64,000 nt of DNA from an uncultured Clostridia bacterium (GTDB lineage Bacteria > Bacillota > Clostridia > Christensenellales > UBA1242): positions 726 through 64,725 of the forward strand of contig CALWTE010000018.1 in NCBI GenBank assembly GCA_944384375.1, read 5' to 3'. Both the position numbers and the translations under genes were made by a program. The notes beneath the pieces were generated by a model. The model did not search any database and had not been told where the DNA came from. It worked only from the letters and a program-made list of their open reading frames with translations. Positions within the stretch are counted from its first letter, which is position 1. Each line of letters begins with the position of its first letter. This document shows, one piece after another, positions 1 through 9,184 of this stretch.

Positions 1-804
1 TCGGGCATTCCCACAGACGAAATAGACGCTTTATTCGCTGGTGATTTAATGAATCAAATTACTAGTAGTAGTTTTGCTGCGCGTTCTTTAAAACTCCCCT
101 ATTTAGGGCTTTTCGGCGCTTGTAGTACTATGGCAGAATCTCTAATTATGGGCGCTTGCCACGTTGATGGTGGTTTTGCTAGGTACGCCGCTTGTGCTAC
201 AGGCAGTCATTTTAGTAGTGCAGAAAAACAATTTCGTTATCCACTAGAATTAGGCACGCAACGCCCACCCTGTTCACAGTGGACAGTAACAGGGACTGGT
301 TGTACAATATTAGGTAACGCTGATATGGGTATAACTGTTGATAGTGCCACTATAGGGAAAGTCGTAGATTGGAATATAACAGATGCCAACAATATGGGGG
401 CTGCTATGGCACCCGCTGCTGCTGATACGCTAAAAGCACATTTAGAAGATACTGGCAGAAAATTAGCAGATTATGATTTAATACTAACGGGCGATTTGGG
501 TAAATTAGGTAGTGAAATCTTAATAGACTTGATGGAATATAACGGCTATCATTTAGGCACAAACTATAATGATTGCGGGCAAATGATTTTTTCCAACACA
601 CAAAAAACTTTTATGGGTGGCAGTGGTTGTGGTTGTGGTGCAAGTATCTTAAATAGTTATGTGTTTGATAGAATGGAAGAACACAAACTCAACAACGTTT
701 TGTTTATAGCCACGGGGGCACTAATGAGTAGTTTGTCCAGTCAACAAGGTAATTCAATTCCTAGCATTGCACACGCAGTTAGTTTTAATATAGGAGGTAA
801 ATAA
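1..804 (+). CDS. spoVAD: Stage V sporulation protein AD (SpoVAD), 5' end cut by window edge
   Basis: Frame 1 is open from base 1. SpoVAD-type thiolase-like sequence (GDLMNQITSS, GSGCGCGAS). The stop is followed directly by the ATG of a spoVAE-like gene. Confidence 0.85.
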   Translation, partial: SGIPTDEIDALFAGDLMNQITSSSFAARSLKLPYLGLFGACSTMAESLIMGACHVDGGFARYAACATGSHFSSAEKQFRYPLELGTQRPPCSQWTVTGTGCTILGNADMGITVDSATIGKVVDWNITDANNMGAAMAPAAADTLKAHLEDTGRKLADYDLILTGDLGKLGSEILIDLMEYNGYHLGTNYNDCGQMIFSNTQKTFMGGSGCGCGASILNSYVFDRMEEHKLNNVLFIATGALMSSLSSQQGNSIPSIAHAVSFNIGGK

Positions 805-1173
805 ATGTTTGACCCTATAATGTATTTAAAAGTATTTGCTGTTGGCGGACTTGTCTGTCTAATCGGTCAAATATTAATTATCACCACCAAAATGACTAGT
901 GCTAGAATTTTGGTTTCCTTTTTGTTATTTGGGGCTTTGCTAGAAACAATCGGAGTTTATCAAAAAATTAACGACTTCGCGGGGGCGGGTATTTCTATAC
1001 CTATTATAGGTTTCGGTGCAAGCCTTGCTCGTGGCGCTATCAACGCGGGACAAACAGAAGGTTTAATAGGCGTGTTGACTGGTGGTTTGTCCGCGACCGC
1101 AGGTGGAATTGCTGCGGCAATTTTTGCGGGCTTCCTTGTCGCCTTGATTTTTAATAGTAAAACTAAAAAATAG
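805..1173 (+). CDS. spoVAE: Stage V sporulation protein AE (SpoVAEB-type small membrane protein)
   Basis: 122-aa polytopic Gly/Ala-rich membrane protein. RBS AGGAGG upstream. Canonical position after spoVAD. Confidence 0.85.
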   Translation: MFDPIMYLKVFAVGGLVCLIGQILIITTKMTSARILVSFLLFGALLETIGVYQKINDFAGAGISIPIIGFGASLARGAINAGQTEGLIGVLTGGLSATAGGIAAAIFAGFLVALIFNSKTKK

Positions 1174-1212
1174 TTATGAAACAAAAAGGGTCGTCCAGCA
1201 TATATAAATAAT

Positions 1213-1887
1213 ATGCGTAAATTTAAATTTAAAAAAAGGTTTAATTTTAAATCAAAATGGTTTATCGCAACGGCGATACTGGTCGTGATTATTGTGCTTA
1301 TAATTTTATTTTTTAATTTTTGCGTCAACCCTGTAATACTCACAATTAGCGAAGCAAAAATAAAATCAATTACATCTCAATCAGTCAATAGCGCCGTACA
1401 AACTGTTATTTCAAATAATAACGTGTATGATGACCTTATCCAAATAACCACAGACAGTGAAGGAAATATTGCAAGTTTTCAAGTAAATACAATTTTAATA
1501 AACAAAATGGCAAAAGAAATAGGCAAAACCGCACAGCAAAACTTAAATTTACTTAGTAGCGAAGGGGTGGACATTCCCCTGGGTACACTAACGGGAATTC
1601 CAGCATTAGTAGGCACTGGCCCTACCCTATATTTTAATGTGGACCCTATCGGCACGATATCTTCTTCTTTTAATTCGGAATTTGTCAGTGCAGGGATAAA
1701 CCAAACAAATCACCGCATTTTTATGAATATGAAGGCATCAGTATGCGTTGTGTTACCCACCGCTACAAAAAATATTGAAACAAATACACAAGTTTTGCTC
1801 TGTGAATCAATAATCATAGGTAAAGTGCCAGACACTTACTTGAATTCCGACAGTCTAGACGAAATGATGAACTTAATTCCAGGCTGA
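1213..1887 (+). CDS. yunB: Sporulation protein YunB-like
   Basis: N-terminal basic segment plus a single TM, then a YunB-like domain (GIPALVGTGP, NQTNHRI). Sits next to the spoVA genes. Confidence 0.7.
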   Translation: MRKFKFKKRFNFKSKWFIATAILVVIIVLIILFFNFCVNPVILTISEAKIKSITSQSVNSAVQTVISNNNVYDDLIQITTDSEGNIASFQVNTILINKMAKEIGKTAQQNLNLLSSEGVDIPLGTLTGIPALVGTGPTLYFNVDPIGTISSSFNSEFVSAGINQTNHRIFMNMKASVCVVLPTATKNIETNTQVLLCESIIIGKVPDTYLNSDSLDEMMNLIPG

Positions 1888-2006
1888 TTTAAAAGAGAAT
1901 GCCATGCTTATGTTTTAATTACTATCCTACTTCCAAAAAGTTACAAACTATAGAGTTTTTACAAGGTTAAGTGCTTTATAAAATTTAATATTATTTAAGC
2001 AAAAAA

Positions 2007-2036
2007 ACTACGGGTATAACCTGTGGTTTTCATTTT
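2007..2036 (+). terminator. Intrinsic terminator after yunB
   Basis: ACUACGGG-UAUAA-CCUGUGGU hairpin (with G-U pairs) followed by UUUCAUUUU. Confidence 0.55.
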
Positions 2037-2040
2037 ATCA

Positions 2041-2071
2041 ACAAAAAATATTAGGTTTTTACGCCTAATAT
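2041..2071 (-). terminator. Intrinsic terminator after the carboxypeptidase gene
   Basis: Minus strand AUAUUAGG-CGUAAAAA-CCUAAUAU followed by UUUUUGUUG, 6 nt after the stop codon. Confidence 0.7.
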
Positions 2072-2077
2072 TTTCTT

Positions 2078-3247
2078 TTAATTTGCTAAAGGCCAGTATT
2101 TAGAAATTTCTTTGATTGAGTCGCCATAAGTAAAGGCTTCAATGTCGTTTGCCACAACTAAATCAATTTCATCTAAGACAATTTCGTCTTGTGAAATTAT
2201 AGCCTTACCTACTATATTTCCTTTGTTTAAAGGTGCGCTAACATTATCAAAAACATAATCTACTTTTACGTCTGCTTGTTCACCTTTTTTGTTTAAAGTA
2301 TAGTAACTATTATTTGCTCTAATTATAGGAGCGTTTTTTGCTTTGTTAATGGTAAATTCAACATTTAAATCTTTATCTTTGTCTAAAATACAAGTGCTAG
2401 AATAATTTGCAAATCCCCAATCAAACATAGTTGTACAAGTGTCAAAGCGTGCTTGACTGCTTTCAGCGCCTAAAACTACTGCGATTAATCGCATGTTGTT
2501 CTTTTTGGCCGTTGCGGACATACAAAAGCCCGCTTCGTTTGTAGAACCTGTTTTACCAGCATCACAGCCAGTGTATCTTTTTAACAACTTGTTGGTATTT
2601 GCCATTTCAGTAATTCTTCCTGAAGGATGTTGAAAATCTTCCATCCAAATCTTGCTAATTTCAAAATAAAGTGGGTACTTCAAAACTTCCTTCATAATTA
2701 ACGCGACATCATTTGCGCACGAATAAGCGTTTGCACTAGGTAAACCTGTACAATTACAATAATTTGTATCAAGAGCACCTAGAGATTTTGCTTTTTCATT
2801 CATTAAAATTACAAAATCAGATTCCGAACCTGCTATTTCTTCCGCCAACATTACACTTGCATCATTTGCTGAACTAATTATTACTGCGTGCAACAAATTC
2901 TCCACTGTATAAGTTGAATTTGCGTCAATAAACACTTGCGAACCGCCCATTCCCGCTGCATTTTCACTAGCAATGAGTTCTTTATCTAATGTTAAATCTC
3001 CATTATCAAGTGCTTCAAAAGCAAGTAGCAGCGTCATAAGTTTTGTCACACTCGCAATCGGCAAATGTTCCTTAGAATTAAATTCAGACAAGATTTGTCC
3101 CGTTTGATATTCCATTAAAACCCTAGATTTGCCCGCTTCTACCTTTTCAGCAGATACTGCAAAAACATTGTTTAAATTTGAAAAACTTGCAACAATTAAT
3201 ATTAAAGCAACAAATAAACCTATAAGTAAATTTTTCTTTTTAGCCAT
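2078..3247 (-). CDS. D-alanyl-D-alanine carboxypeptidase (PBP5 family, DacB/DacF-like)
   Basis: SxxK (SVTK), SxN (SAN) and KTG (GKTGST) motifs, plus a signal/anchor segment. I prefer the ATG at 3247 (MAKKK) because AAGGAGG lies 6 nt upstream. The ORF track start at 3283 is the alternative. Confidence 0.9.
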   Translation of the reverse strand: MAKKKNLLIGLFVALILIVASFSNLNNVFAVSAEKVEAGKSRVLMEYQTGQILSEFNSKEHLPIASVTKLMTLLLAFEALDNGDLTLDKELIASENAAGMGGSQVFIDANSTYTVENLLHAVIISSANDASVMLAEEIAGSESDFVILMNEKAKSLGALDTNYCNCTGLPSANAYSCANDVALIMKEVLKYPLYFEISKIWMEDFQHPSGRITEMANTNKLLKRYTGCDAGKTGSTNEAGFCMSATAKKNNMRLIAVVLGAESSQARFDTCTTMFDWGFANYSSTCILDKDKDLNVEFTINKAKNAPIIRANNSYYTLNKKGEQADVKVDYVFDNVSAPLNKGNIVGKAIISQDEIVLDEIDLVVANDIEAFTYGDSIKEISKYWPLAN

Positions 3248-3316
3248 TTTTTCCTCCTTATACTTATACTGTATTTTTTGCATAAATTCATTTTATATGT
3301 ATAAGGAAGTTAAGTT

Positions 3317-3952
3317 TTAAGAAATTACTAAAATTGCACTTAACCAAGGCATTAAAATTGCTTCTATAAGTGTAACAATAAACAAAATTCCTAAGAACAC
3401 ACTGAAAGTAACTCGTTCCTTACAGAAAAATTCTTGACTAAATATGCTACCGCCATATTGCTTGCATGAGAAATTATAACTCATACACACACTAGCCCAA
3501 CCTATTAACAATAAAAGGAATAAAAGTTGGCAAGGGAAAACTAGAAAAATAACATTTATTACACCGCTTACATTAAATATAGCAATCAAAACTGAACAAG
3601 TAGAGCCCAACGTAAAACTTTTATATATTATTACTATAACAGATAAAAAACTTAAGAACGGCTTGCAATTTGTTGCCCAAATTAGAATAAATAAGCCTAT
3701 TAGACTAAACAACCTAGAGAAAAATACGCCAAAAATAGAAATATCGCCTTCTAGATAATTTAATAATATACTATCAGATATTTTTGAAATATCAGTACTA
3801 GATGCTATTCTAATGCCGGCAATAAAGCCTATTATTAAAGCAACGACGGCTAAACTCAAGAAAACAATATACCATTTTTTATAAAGGCAAAAATGGTCTT
3901 TTAGACATAGTTTAGTAGTTTGCCATAATCTATAAAAAGATATCTTAAACAT
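3317..3952 (-). CDS. spoIIM: Stage II sporulation protein M-like polytopic membrane protein
   Basis: 211-aa protein with 5-6 TM segments. Size, topology and position beside spo0A/spoIVB fit SpoIIM. No diagnostic motif was checked. Confidence 0.55.
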   Translation of the reverse strand: MFKISFYRLWQTTKLCLKDHFCLYKKWYIVFLSLAVVALIIGFIAGIRIASSTDISKISDSILLNYLEGDISIFGVFFSRLFSLIGLFILIWATNCKPFLSFLSVIVIIYKSFTLGSTCSVLIAIFNVSGVINVIFLVFPCQLLFLLLLIGWASVCMSYNFSCKQYGGSIFSQEFFCKERVTFSVFLGILFIVTLIEAILMPWLSAILVIS

Positions 3953-4028
3953 ATAGAAATATATGTTATAAATTGTTTGAATATAACAAAAAATATTTTT
4001 GTAAAACTTTACAAAAATAATTTAACTT

Positions 4029-4790
4029 TTAATTTTGCATATTAACAAATTTTAAATTTTCAATATAGATTGTCAGTTTATTTGCTATATAGTATACAAA
4101 CTCTTTTGGTGTAGGACAACGCACAAAATCTTCAAAAGTTATATTTGTAGACTCGTCAATTTTATGCTCTTCTTTATGTCGCCAAGCGGTTTCTAGAGCA
4201 ACTTTCATACAACGAGAAATATTTGCAGGATTTGTGTTTAAATATGTGGAAACATACGTGTAAATTGTATCGTGAAAACAGCAAGGGTTACAATGTTTTA
4301 GCATTATATTTGCAACACATTCTTTTAAATAATTTGTCCCCATAGAACCAGCGTTAAAACCTAAAGTAACTAAAGTTTTAAAAATCAATCCCCTATTATC
4401 TAAGTCTAACTGTTTGTTCTTAATAGGATTATTATGCAATTTTGTAAGTTCACGACTGATTAAATCAATACTTTCTGGTATATCTGTATATTTCATATAG
4501 ATATAATTTGCAGGCCCTAGTATATGAGTATCTGGTTCTATATAACCGGCAACAATTACCAAAGGTACACTGACACACGTCTCATAGGTAAAAATACTTA
4601 ACTGCCTATAACTAATTTTATACTCACTATAATCTAATATTATAATATCAGGTACATTTGATTTCATTCTGTTAACTAATGTACCGAAATTTATTTCATA
4701 TTCAAAGGAATTTACCCTGTTTTTTAGTAATAGCCTTAAATCTTTATTTGCTTTGGTTGAATCACCAACGTAATAAACTACATTATACAT
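4029..4790 (-). CDS. spo0A: Spo0A-like sporulation response regulator (divergent receiver domain)
   Basis: The C-terminal domain matches the Spo0A_C pattern (NISRCMKVALETAW; CPTPKEFVYYIANKL). The N-terminal part is a CheY-like receiver with D10, D53, K100. It sits directly downstream of spoIVB, as in Bacillus and Clostridium. Confidence 0.75.
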   Translation of the reverse strand: MYNVVYYVGDSTKANKDLRLLLKNRVNSFEYEINFGTLVNRMKSNVPDIIILDYSEYKISYRQLSIFTYETCVSVPLVIVAGYIEPDTHILGPANYIYMKYTDIPESIDLISRELTKLHNNPIKNKQLDLDNRGLIFKTLVTLGFNAGSMGTNYLKECVANIMLKHCNPCCFHDTIYTYVSTYLNTNPANISRCMKVALETAWRHKEEHKIDESTNITFEDFVRCPTPKEFVYYIANKLTIYIENLKFVNMQN

Positions 4791-4904
4791 AAAATCATTT
4801 TTCCTCCTAAATTTTTAATTAAAGATATCAAATAATTTTTAAAAAGTAAAATGATTTTTGTAAATTTTTGTAAAATTTTTTATTTTTTATAAAAATTTTG
4901 AAAA

Positions 4905-6065
4905 TTATTGAGTTATCATATTGTCAATATATATCCCAAAACCTTTTGTAGGGTCATTAACAAACACGTGGGTAACTGCACCTATTAATTTACCATCTTG
5001 CACTATCGGGCTACCACTCATTCCCTGAATTATACCGCCTGTTATATCTAATAACCTATCATCTGTTACTTTAAAAACCAAGTTTCTAGGGCTGGAAGCA
5101 CCTTGATAATTTGTTTTTATAATTTCTATTTCATAACGTCTTACATTCTTGCCATCTAGACAACTGTAAATATATGCCTTACCAGGTTTTGCTGTCAGTC
5201 TACCACCCACTTCTATTAAATCACTTGCATTGTAATTACTATTATCTAAATTCAAATTGCCAAAAATTCCGTATTCGCAATTTTTATCTAAAGTACCTAA
5301 TTCACTATTTGAACGGACAAATACTCCACGTATTTCGCCTGGGCTACCACGTGTAGCGCGTTTTACTCCTACTATGGAACATTTCTGCAAATTTCCTTGA
5401 CTGACATCTATCACAGCACTTGTGCTTTGGTCTTGTATCGGGTGACCCAACGCACCAAAACGTCCTGTCTCGGGGTCAACAAAAGTAAGAGTACCTATTC
5501 CGCTAAAACTTTCTTTTGCCCAAATGCCTAATTTATATTTTTTAGTCAACACGTCATAAGCAGGCTTTAGCCTTTTTTCAATTTCTTTGTCTTTTCGCAC
5601 AATTTTAACTAAAACTTCTTGCCCTTTGGCGCTTTCTTGATTGAGAATTTCTGCTATCTTAGAAACTCGCGTTATAGGGATATTATTGATACTTTTTATT
5701 ATATCACCCGCTTCCAATTCTTGATTTGAAACGTCTAATCCATTATTTGATACAACTAAAACACCATCTCCGTAATATGAAAACCCCACTGTTTGCCCGC
5801 CTAAGTATACATGTTTATTTGCTACCGCTTCTACAGAATGAAGTTTTACGGTATTTAAGAGCATTATATCTACCGTGTTTGTGTCTTCATTATAATTTGC
5901 ATTTACTAAAGAACCAAAGTCCGCCACTTTATCTTGCGTATTTTCATCAACAACCAAATGCCTAGGCAAATCGTAAATATCACTAAAAGGCACGTTCCAA
6001 CAAACGTACGTAAACATAATAGATAATATAAATAGAGAAAACAAAAAAACCTTATTAAATCTCAT
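4905..6065 (-). CDS. spoIVB: SpoIVB peptidase (S55 family, PDZ domain)
   Basis: N-terminal anchor, PDZ-like region (AGDIIKSINN) and catalytic-Ser region GMSGSPIV. recN-spoIVB-spo0A synteny. Confidence 0.9.
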   Translation of the reverse strand: MRFNKVFLFSLFILSIMFTYVCWNVPFSDIYDLPRHLVVDENTQDKVADFGSLVNANYNEDTNTVDIMLLNTVKLHSVEAVANKHVYLGGQTVGFSYYGDGVLVVSNNGLDVSNQELEAGDIIKSINNIPITRVSKIAEILNQESAKGQEVLVKIVRKDKEIEKRLKPAYDVLTKKYKLGIWAKESFSGIGTLTFVDPETGRFGALGHPIQDQSTSAVIDVSQGNLQKCSIVGVKRATRGSPGEIRGVFVRSNSELGTLDKNCEYGIFGNLNLDNSNYNASDLIEVGGRLTAKPGKAYIYSCLDGKNVRRYEIEIIKTNYQGASSPRNLVFKVTDDRLLDITGGIIQGMSGSPIVQDGKLIGAVTHVFVNDPTKGFGIYIDNMITQ

Positions 6066-6134
6066 AATATTTCACCTTGCTGTATTTTTTGAGATAATAA
6101 GATTTTTATACTTTGATTTAAACGTAAAAATATG

Positions 6135-7823
6135 TTATTTTAGATTTGATATAAACAAATTAGCCTGTTCTTTTAGTTCTTGAGCGTGTGCTAGACCGAT
6201 TTTAGACTCAACATTTCCACCAGCAAGCCTTGCCAGTTCCCCTATTTCGCCTTTATAGTCTAATTTTCTCAACCCGCTATCCGTATGACCATCTTGAATT
6301 GATTTTTCTATTTGGAAGTGACTATCTGCAAAACTGGCAATCGTTGCTAAGTGAGTAACTGTTAGAATTTGCGTCGTCCTAGATAGTTTTGCTAATTTTT
6401 GCCCAACCTGATAACTTACAACTCCACTAATTCCACTATCTATTTCGTCAAATATTAGAGTATTGATGTTTTGTACATTGCCCATTACAATCTTAAAAGC
6501 CAACATAAAACGCGACATTTCACCGCCCGAAATCACCTTGTTTAAAGGTTTAACAGGCTCTCCTAAATTTGCTGTAAACATAAATTCTACATTATCGCTT
6601 CCATTCTTGTTAGGTAATATCTCGTCAAATTTTACAACAAACGAACTATTTCCCATACCTAATTGCTTTAATTCATTTACAATTAAATTACTAAACTCTT
6701 GTGATTTTTCTTTTCTTATTTGAGTAATATTTACACACACGCTAGTAATCTGGTCTTTAATTTGTGTTAATTTTGCATTCAATTGTTCTAAAGCAAATTC
6801 GCTATCTTCTAATAAAAGCAAACGGTCTTGACTGCTTTTTAAATATTGCAAAATTTCTTCTATGCTATTACCGTATTTATTTTTTAATGATTTAATTTTA
6901 TCTAGTCTACTCTCAATCTCGTTCAAATCATATTCGCTATAATCGTATTCATTTGCTTTATCATTTAAGGTTTGTGAAATGTCGTCTATTTCAATTTTTA
7001 CACTTTTTAAACGTTCACAAAGGCTATCCAATTCACTATCAATACCCGATACTCGCTCTAAAGATTTTATAGAATTATATATATTCAAATTTGCTGAACC
7101 CAAATTACTCTCTGTCAGCAAGTCTTGCGCCATATGAATTGAATTTACAACTTTTTCTGTATGTTGCATTTTGCGTTTTTTGTCTTCAAGTTCAATTTCT
7201 TCGTCAAGGCTTAAATTTGCGTCTATTATTTCATTTATGCTAAATTGCAAAAACTCTTTTTCACGTGCGCGTGCAGTTTCGTCTCCACCTAGACTAGTGA
7301 TACTTTTTTCAGTTTCATTTTTTAAGTCAATTAGTTTTGATAATTGCTCTTTGAGTGGCACTAAATCTTCGCCGATAAAATTATCTAAAAATGTAATATG
7401 CGAATTAGCATCTAGTAAAGCCTGATGTTCGTGTTGCCCATATATATCAATTAAATTAGAAGTTATATTCCTTAGCATAGATAAATTAACAATATTTCCG
7501 TTGACTCTAATATCGTTTTTATTATCTAAACTCAGTTTACGTGAAATAATTAATTTGTTATCTTTCTCAAAACCTAAATCGTCTAAAATTTCAGCGACTT
7601 TTTTATTATTAGTTATATCAAAGACAATTTGTACTTGCGCACTGTCTGCCCCCGTCCTAATATTATTTTTGTCCGCTCTTTCACCTAATGCAAAACAGAT
7701 TGCCGAAATTAAGATAGACTTACCCGCACCAGTCTCACCTGTAATCACGTTTAACTTGTCTCCAAACTCAACATAGGTTTCCTTGATTAAAGCATAATTT
7801 TTAACCAACAAACTCAATAACAT
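6135..7823 (-). CDS. recN: DNA repair protein RecN
   Basis: Walker A GETGAGKS, long coiled-coil middle region, C-terminal signature/Walker B region (SGGEMSR, LIFDEIDSG). Confidence 0.95.
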   Translation of the reverse strand: MLLSLLVKNYALIKETYVEFGDKLNVITGETGAGKSILISAICFALGERADKNNIRTGADSAQVQIVFDITNNKKVAEILDDLGFEKDNKLIISRKLSLDNKNDIRVNGNIVNLSMLRNITSNLIDIYGQHEHQALLDANSHITFLDNFIGEDLVPLKEQLSKLIDLKNETEKSITSLGGDETARAREKEFLQFSINEIIDANLSLDEEIELEDKKRKMQHTEKVVNSIHMAQDLLTESNLGSANLNIYNSIKSLERVSGIDSELDSLCERLKSVKIEIDDISQTLNDKANEYDYSEYDLNEIESRLDKIKSLKNKYGNSIEEILQYLKSSQDRLLLLEDSEFALEQLNAKLTQIKDQITSVCVNITQIRKEKSQEFSNLIVNELKQLGMGNSSFVVKFDEILPNKNGSDNVEFMFTANLGEPVKPLNKVISGGEMSRFMLAFKIVMGNVQNINTLIFDEIDSGISGVVSYQVGQKLAKLSRTTQILTVTHLATIASFADSHFQIEKSIQDGHTDSGLRKLDYKGEIGELARLAGGNVESKIGLAHAQELKEQANLFISNLK

Positions 7824-7839
7824 ATCACACCCCGCTCAA

Positions 7840-7864
7840 ATGTTCTAAATCTATTATAGAACAT
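7840..7864. promoter_or_regulatory. Perfect 8-bp inverted repeat ATGTTCTA-N9-TAGAACAT overlapping the recN -10 box (candidate operator)
   Basis: Read directly from the sequence. It lies 17-41 nt upstream of the recN ATG. Confidence 0.4.
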
Positions 7865-7881
7865 AATAACGAAAAACGCAA
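7853..7881 (-). promoter_or_regulatory. Candidate sigma-A promoter of recN (TTGCGT-17-TATAAT)
   Basis: Hexamers and 17-nt spacing read on the minus strand. The -35 overlaps the argR terminator stem. Confidence 0.45.
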
Positions 7882-7901
7882 CTGTTTTTCAACAATTGCG
7901 T
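7868..7901 (-). terminator. Intrinsic terminator after argR
   Basis: ACGCAAUUG-loop-CAGUUGCGU followed by UUUUUCGUU. Confidence 0.6.
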
Positions 7902-7914
7902 AAAAATTTTTTTA

Positions 7915-8367
7915 TTAAACTAAAATTTCATTTATGCGTGCCAAAACTAGTTTTGCAGAAATTTCACTTTCAGTAACAACTAGCACGGTATCTACACCAA
8001 ATACACACCCTATCACATTAGTCATTGCCAAACGGTCTACAACTTCGGCAACAATTCCCGCTGAGCCTTTGATTGTTTTTATTACGACTTGATTCATTAT
8101 CGCTTGAGCACTTATAACAACATCTTTAAATAAATTATTGATTTTATTTACATAGCCCAAATTTTCATTTTCTACTATTGCGTACTTATATTTCTTTTGC
8201 TCCCCTGAAACTTTAAACAAGCCCAGTTCTTTAATATCACGACTGATAGTAGCCTGTGTTACATTGAACCCTGATTTCTTTAGTGCTGTAACTAATTCTT
8301 CCTGAGTGTCTATTTCGTTTTTGTTTATTATTTCAATTATCTTTGCTTGACGAGAACTCCTAGCCAT
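7915..8367 (-). CDS. argR: Arginine repressor ArgR/AhrC
   Basis: 150 aa. Winged-helix N-terminus (QEELVTALKKSGFNVTQATISRDIKEL) and C-terminal oligomerisation domain (GTIAGDDT-like region GCVFGVDTVLVV). argR-recN synteny. Confidence 0.9.
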   Translation of the reverse strand: MARSSRQAKIIEIINKNEIDTQEELVTALKKSGFNVTQATISRDIKELGLFKVSGEQKKYKYAIVENENLGYVNKINNLFKDVVISAQAIMNQVVIKTIKGSAGIVAEVVDRLAMTNVIGCVFGVDTVLVVTESEISAKLVLARINEILV

Positions 8368-8416
8368 TAGCCATCTCCTGTATATTAGTTATTTATATAC
8401 ATTTCTATTATATAAC

Positions 8417-8431
8417 AAAATTTATAATTAT
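8417..8431. repeat. Direct repeat AAAATTTATAATTAT, copy 1 (second copy at 8464-8478)
   Basis: Two identical 15-mers flank the palindrome upstream of argR. Confidence 0.6.
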
Positions 8432-8450
8432 GCAAGAGAAATTTGCATAA
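8428..8450. promoter_or_regulatory. ARG-box-like palindrome TTATGCAA-N7-TTGCATAA upstream of argR
   Basis: Perfect 8-bp inverted repeat. It contains ATGCAA/TTGCAT half sites reminiscent of AhrC/ArgR operators. Confidence 0.4.
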
Positions 8451-8463
8451 TTATACATACACT

Positions 8464-8478
8464 AAAATTTATAATTAT
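8464..8478. repeat. Direct repeat AAAATTTATAATTAT, copy 2
   Basis: Identical to 8417-8431. Confidence 0.6.
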
Positions 8479-8535
8479 ACAAAACTGGCACTTTTTGCCT
8501 TTGTTAAGCCAAAAGTATAAATATACATAGCGAAA

Positions 8536-9144
8536 TTATTTTGAAATTTTACCCTTAAAAGACAGCATTTTCCCTACCTGCAAGACTATTTTTTGTGAAT
8601 AATTTAATGCATAAGTTTTACCTATTGCCTTTCCTAAAACAGCAATTGACGCAATTACCGAATTAATAATTAGCGATAAGATTAAAGAGTTTACACCTGG
8701 AAATAACTTGATTAACAGTACCGAAATCGTTACACCGCCACCCCCGCAAAGAATGCTACAAATATCTCCTACTACATCACTACAAATACATGAAATCTTA
8801 TCCGCATTTTTAACCATTTTTAGCGCGAAACTTGCACCCTTTACATTCTTCCTACTTAAATCTAAAATAGGTTTTATGCTACAAGCAGTGACCGCTACAC
8901 CTATTACATCAAAAACAACGTTTGCTACCATTAAAAATAATATTAAAATAAGAGCCAGTGCCACACTGGTGTACGAAAGCATTAATTCCGATATTAAAGA
9001 AAATAATATTGATAAGCAAAGCGATATTAAAAAAATCTCAATAAACCATTTTGTGTTGCGTTTTGGTTTGATTTTTTCATTTTTATTTAAAATGGTTATC
9101 TTGAGCGAATCTTTGCTTTTTTCGTTGTTCAACTCTTTTTCCAC
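8536..9144 (-). CDS. Hypothetical polytopic membrane protein (possibly a DUF21/CNNM-like TM domain only)
   Basis: 202 aa with a charged N-terminus and about 4 TM segments. There is a loose resemblance to DUF21 TM modules. The function is not supported by any motif. Confidence 0.5.
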   Translation of the reverse strand: MEKELNNEKSKDSLKITILNKNEKIKPKRNTKWFIEIFLISLCLSILFSLISELMLSYTSVALALILILFLMVANVVFDVIGVAVTACSIKPILDLSRKNVKGASFALKMVKNADKISCICSDVVGDICSILCGGGGVTISVLLIKLFPGVNSLILSLIINSVIASIAVLGKAIGKTYALNYSQKIVLQVGKMLSFKGKISK

Positions 9145-9184
9145 ATAATATTATATGTATATAAAAAAATAAAAATGAGTATTT

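Noticed and set aside
7857-7870. AGAACATAATAACG as a LexA (Cheo) box upstream of recN
   Set aside because: Only one half-site (GAAC) matches CGAAC-N4-GTTCG. The second half is TAAC with several mismatches.
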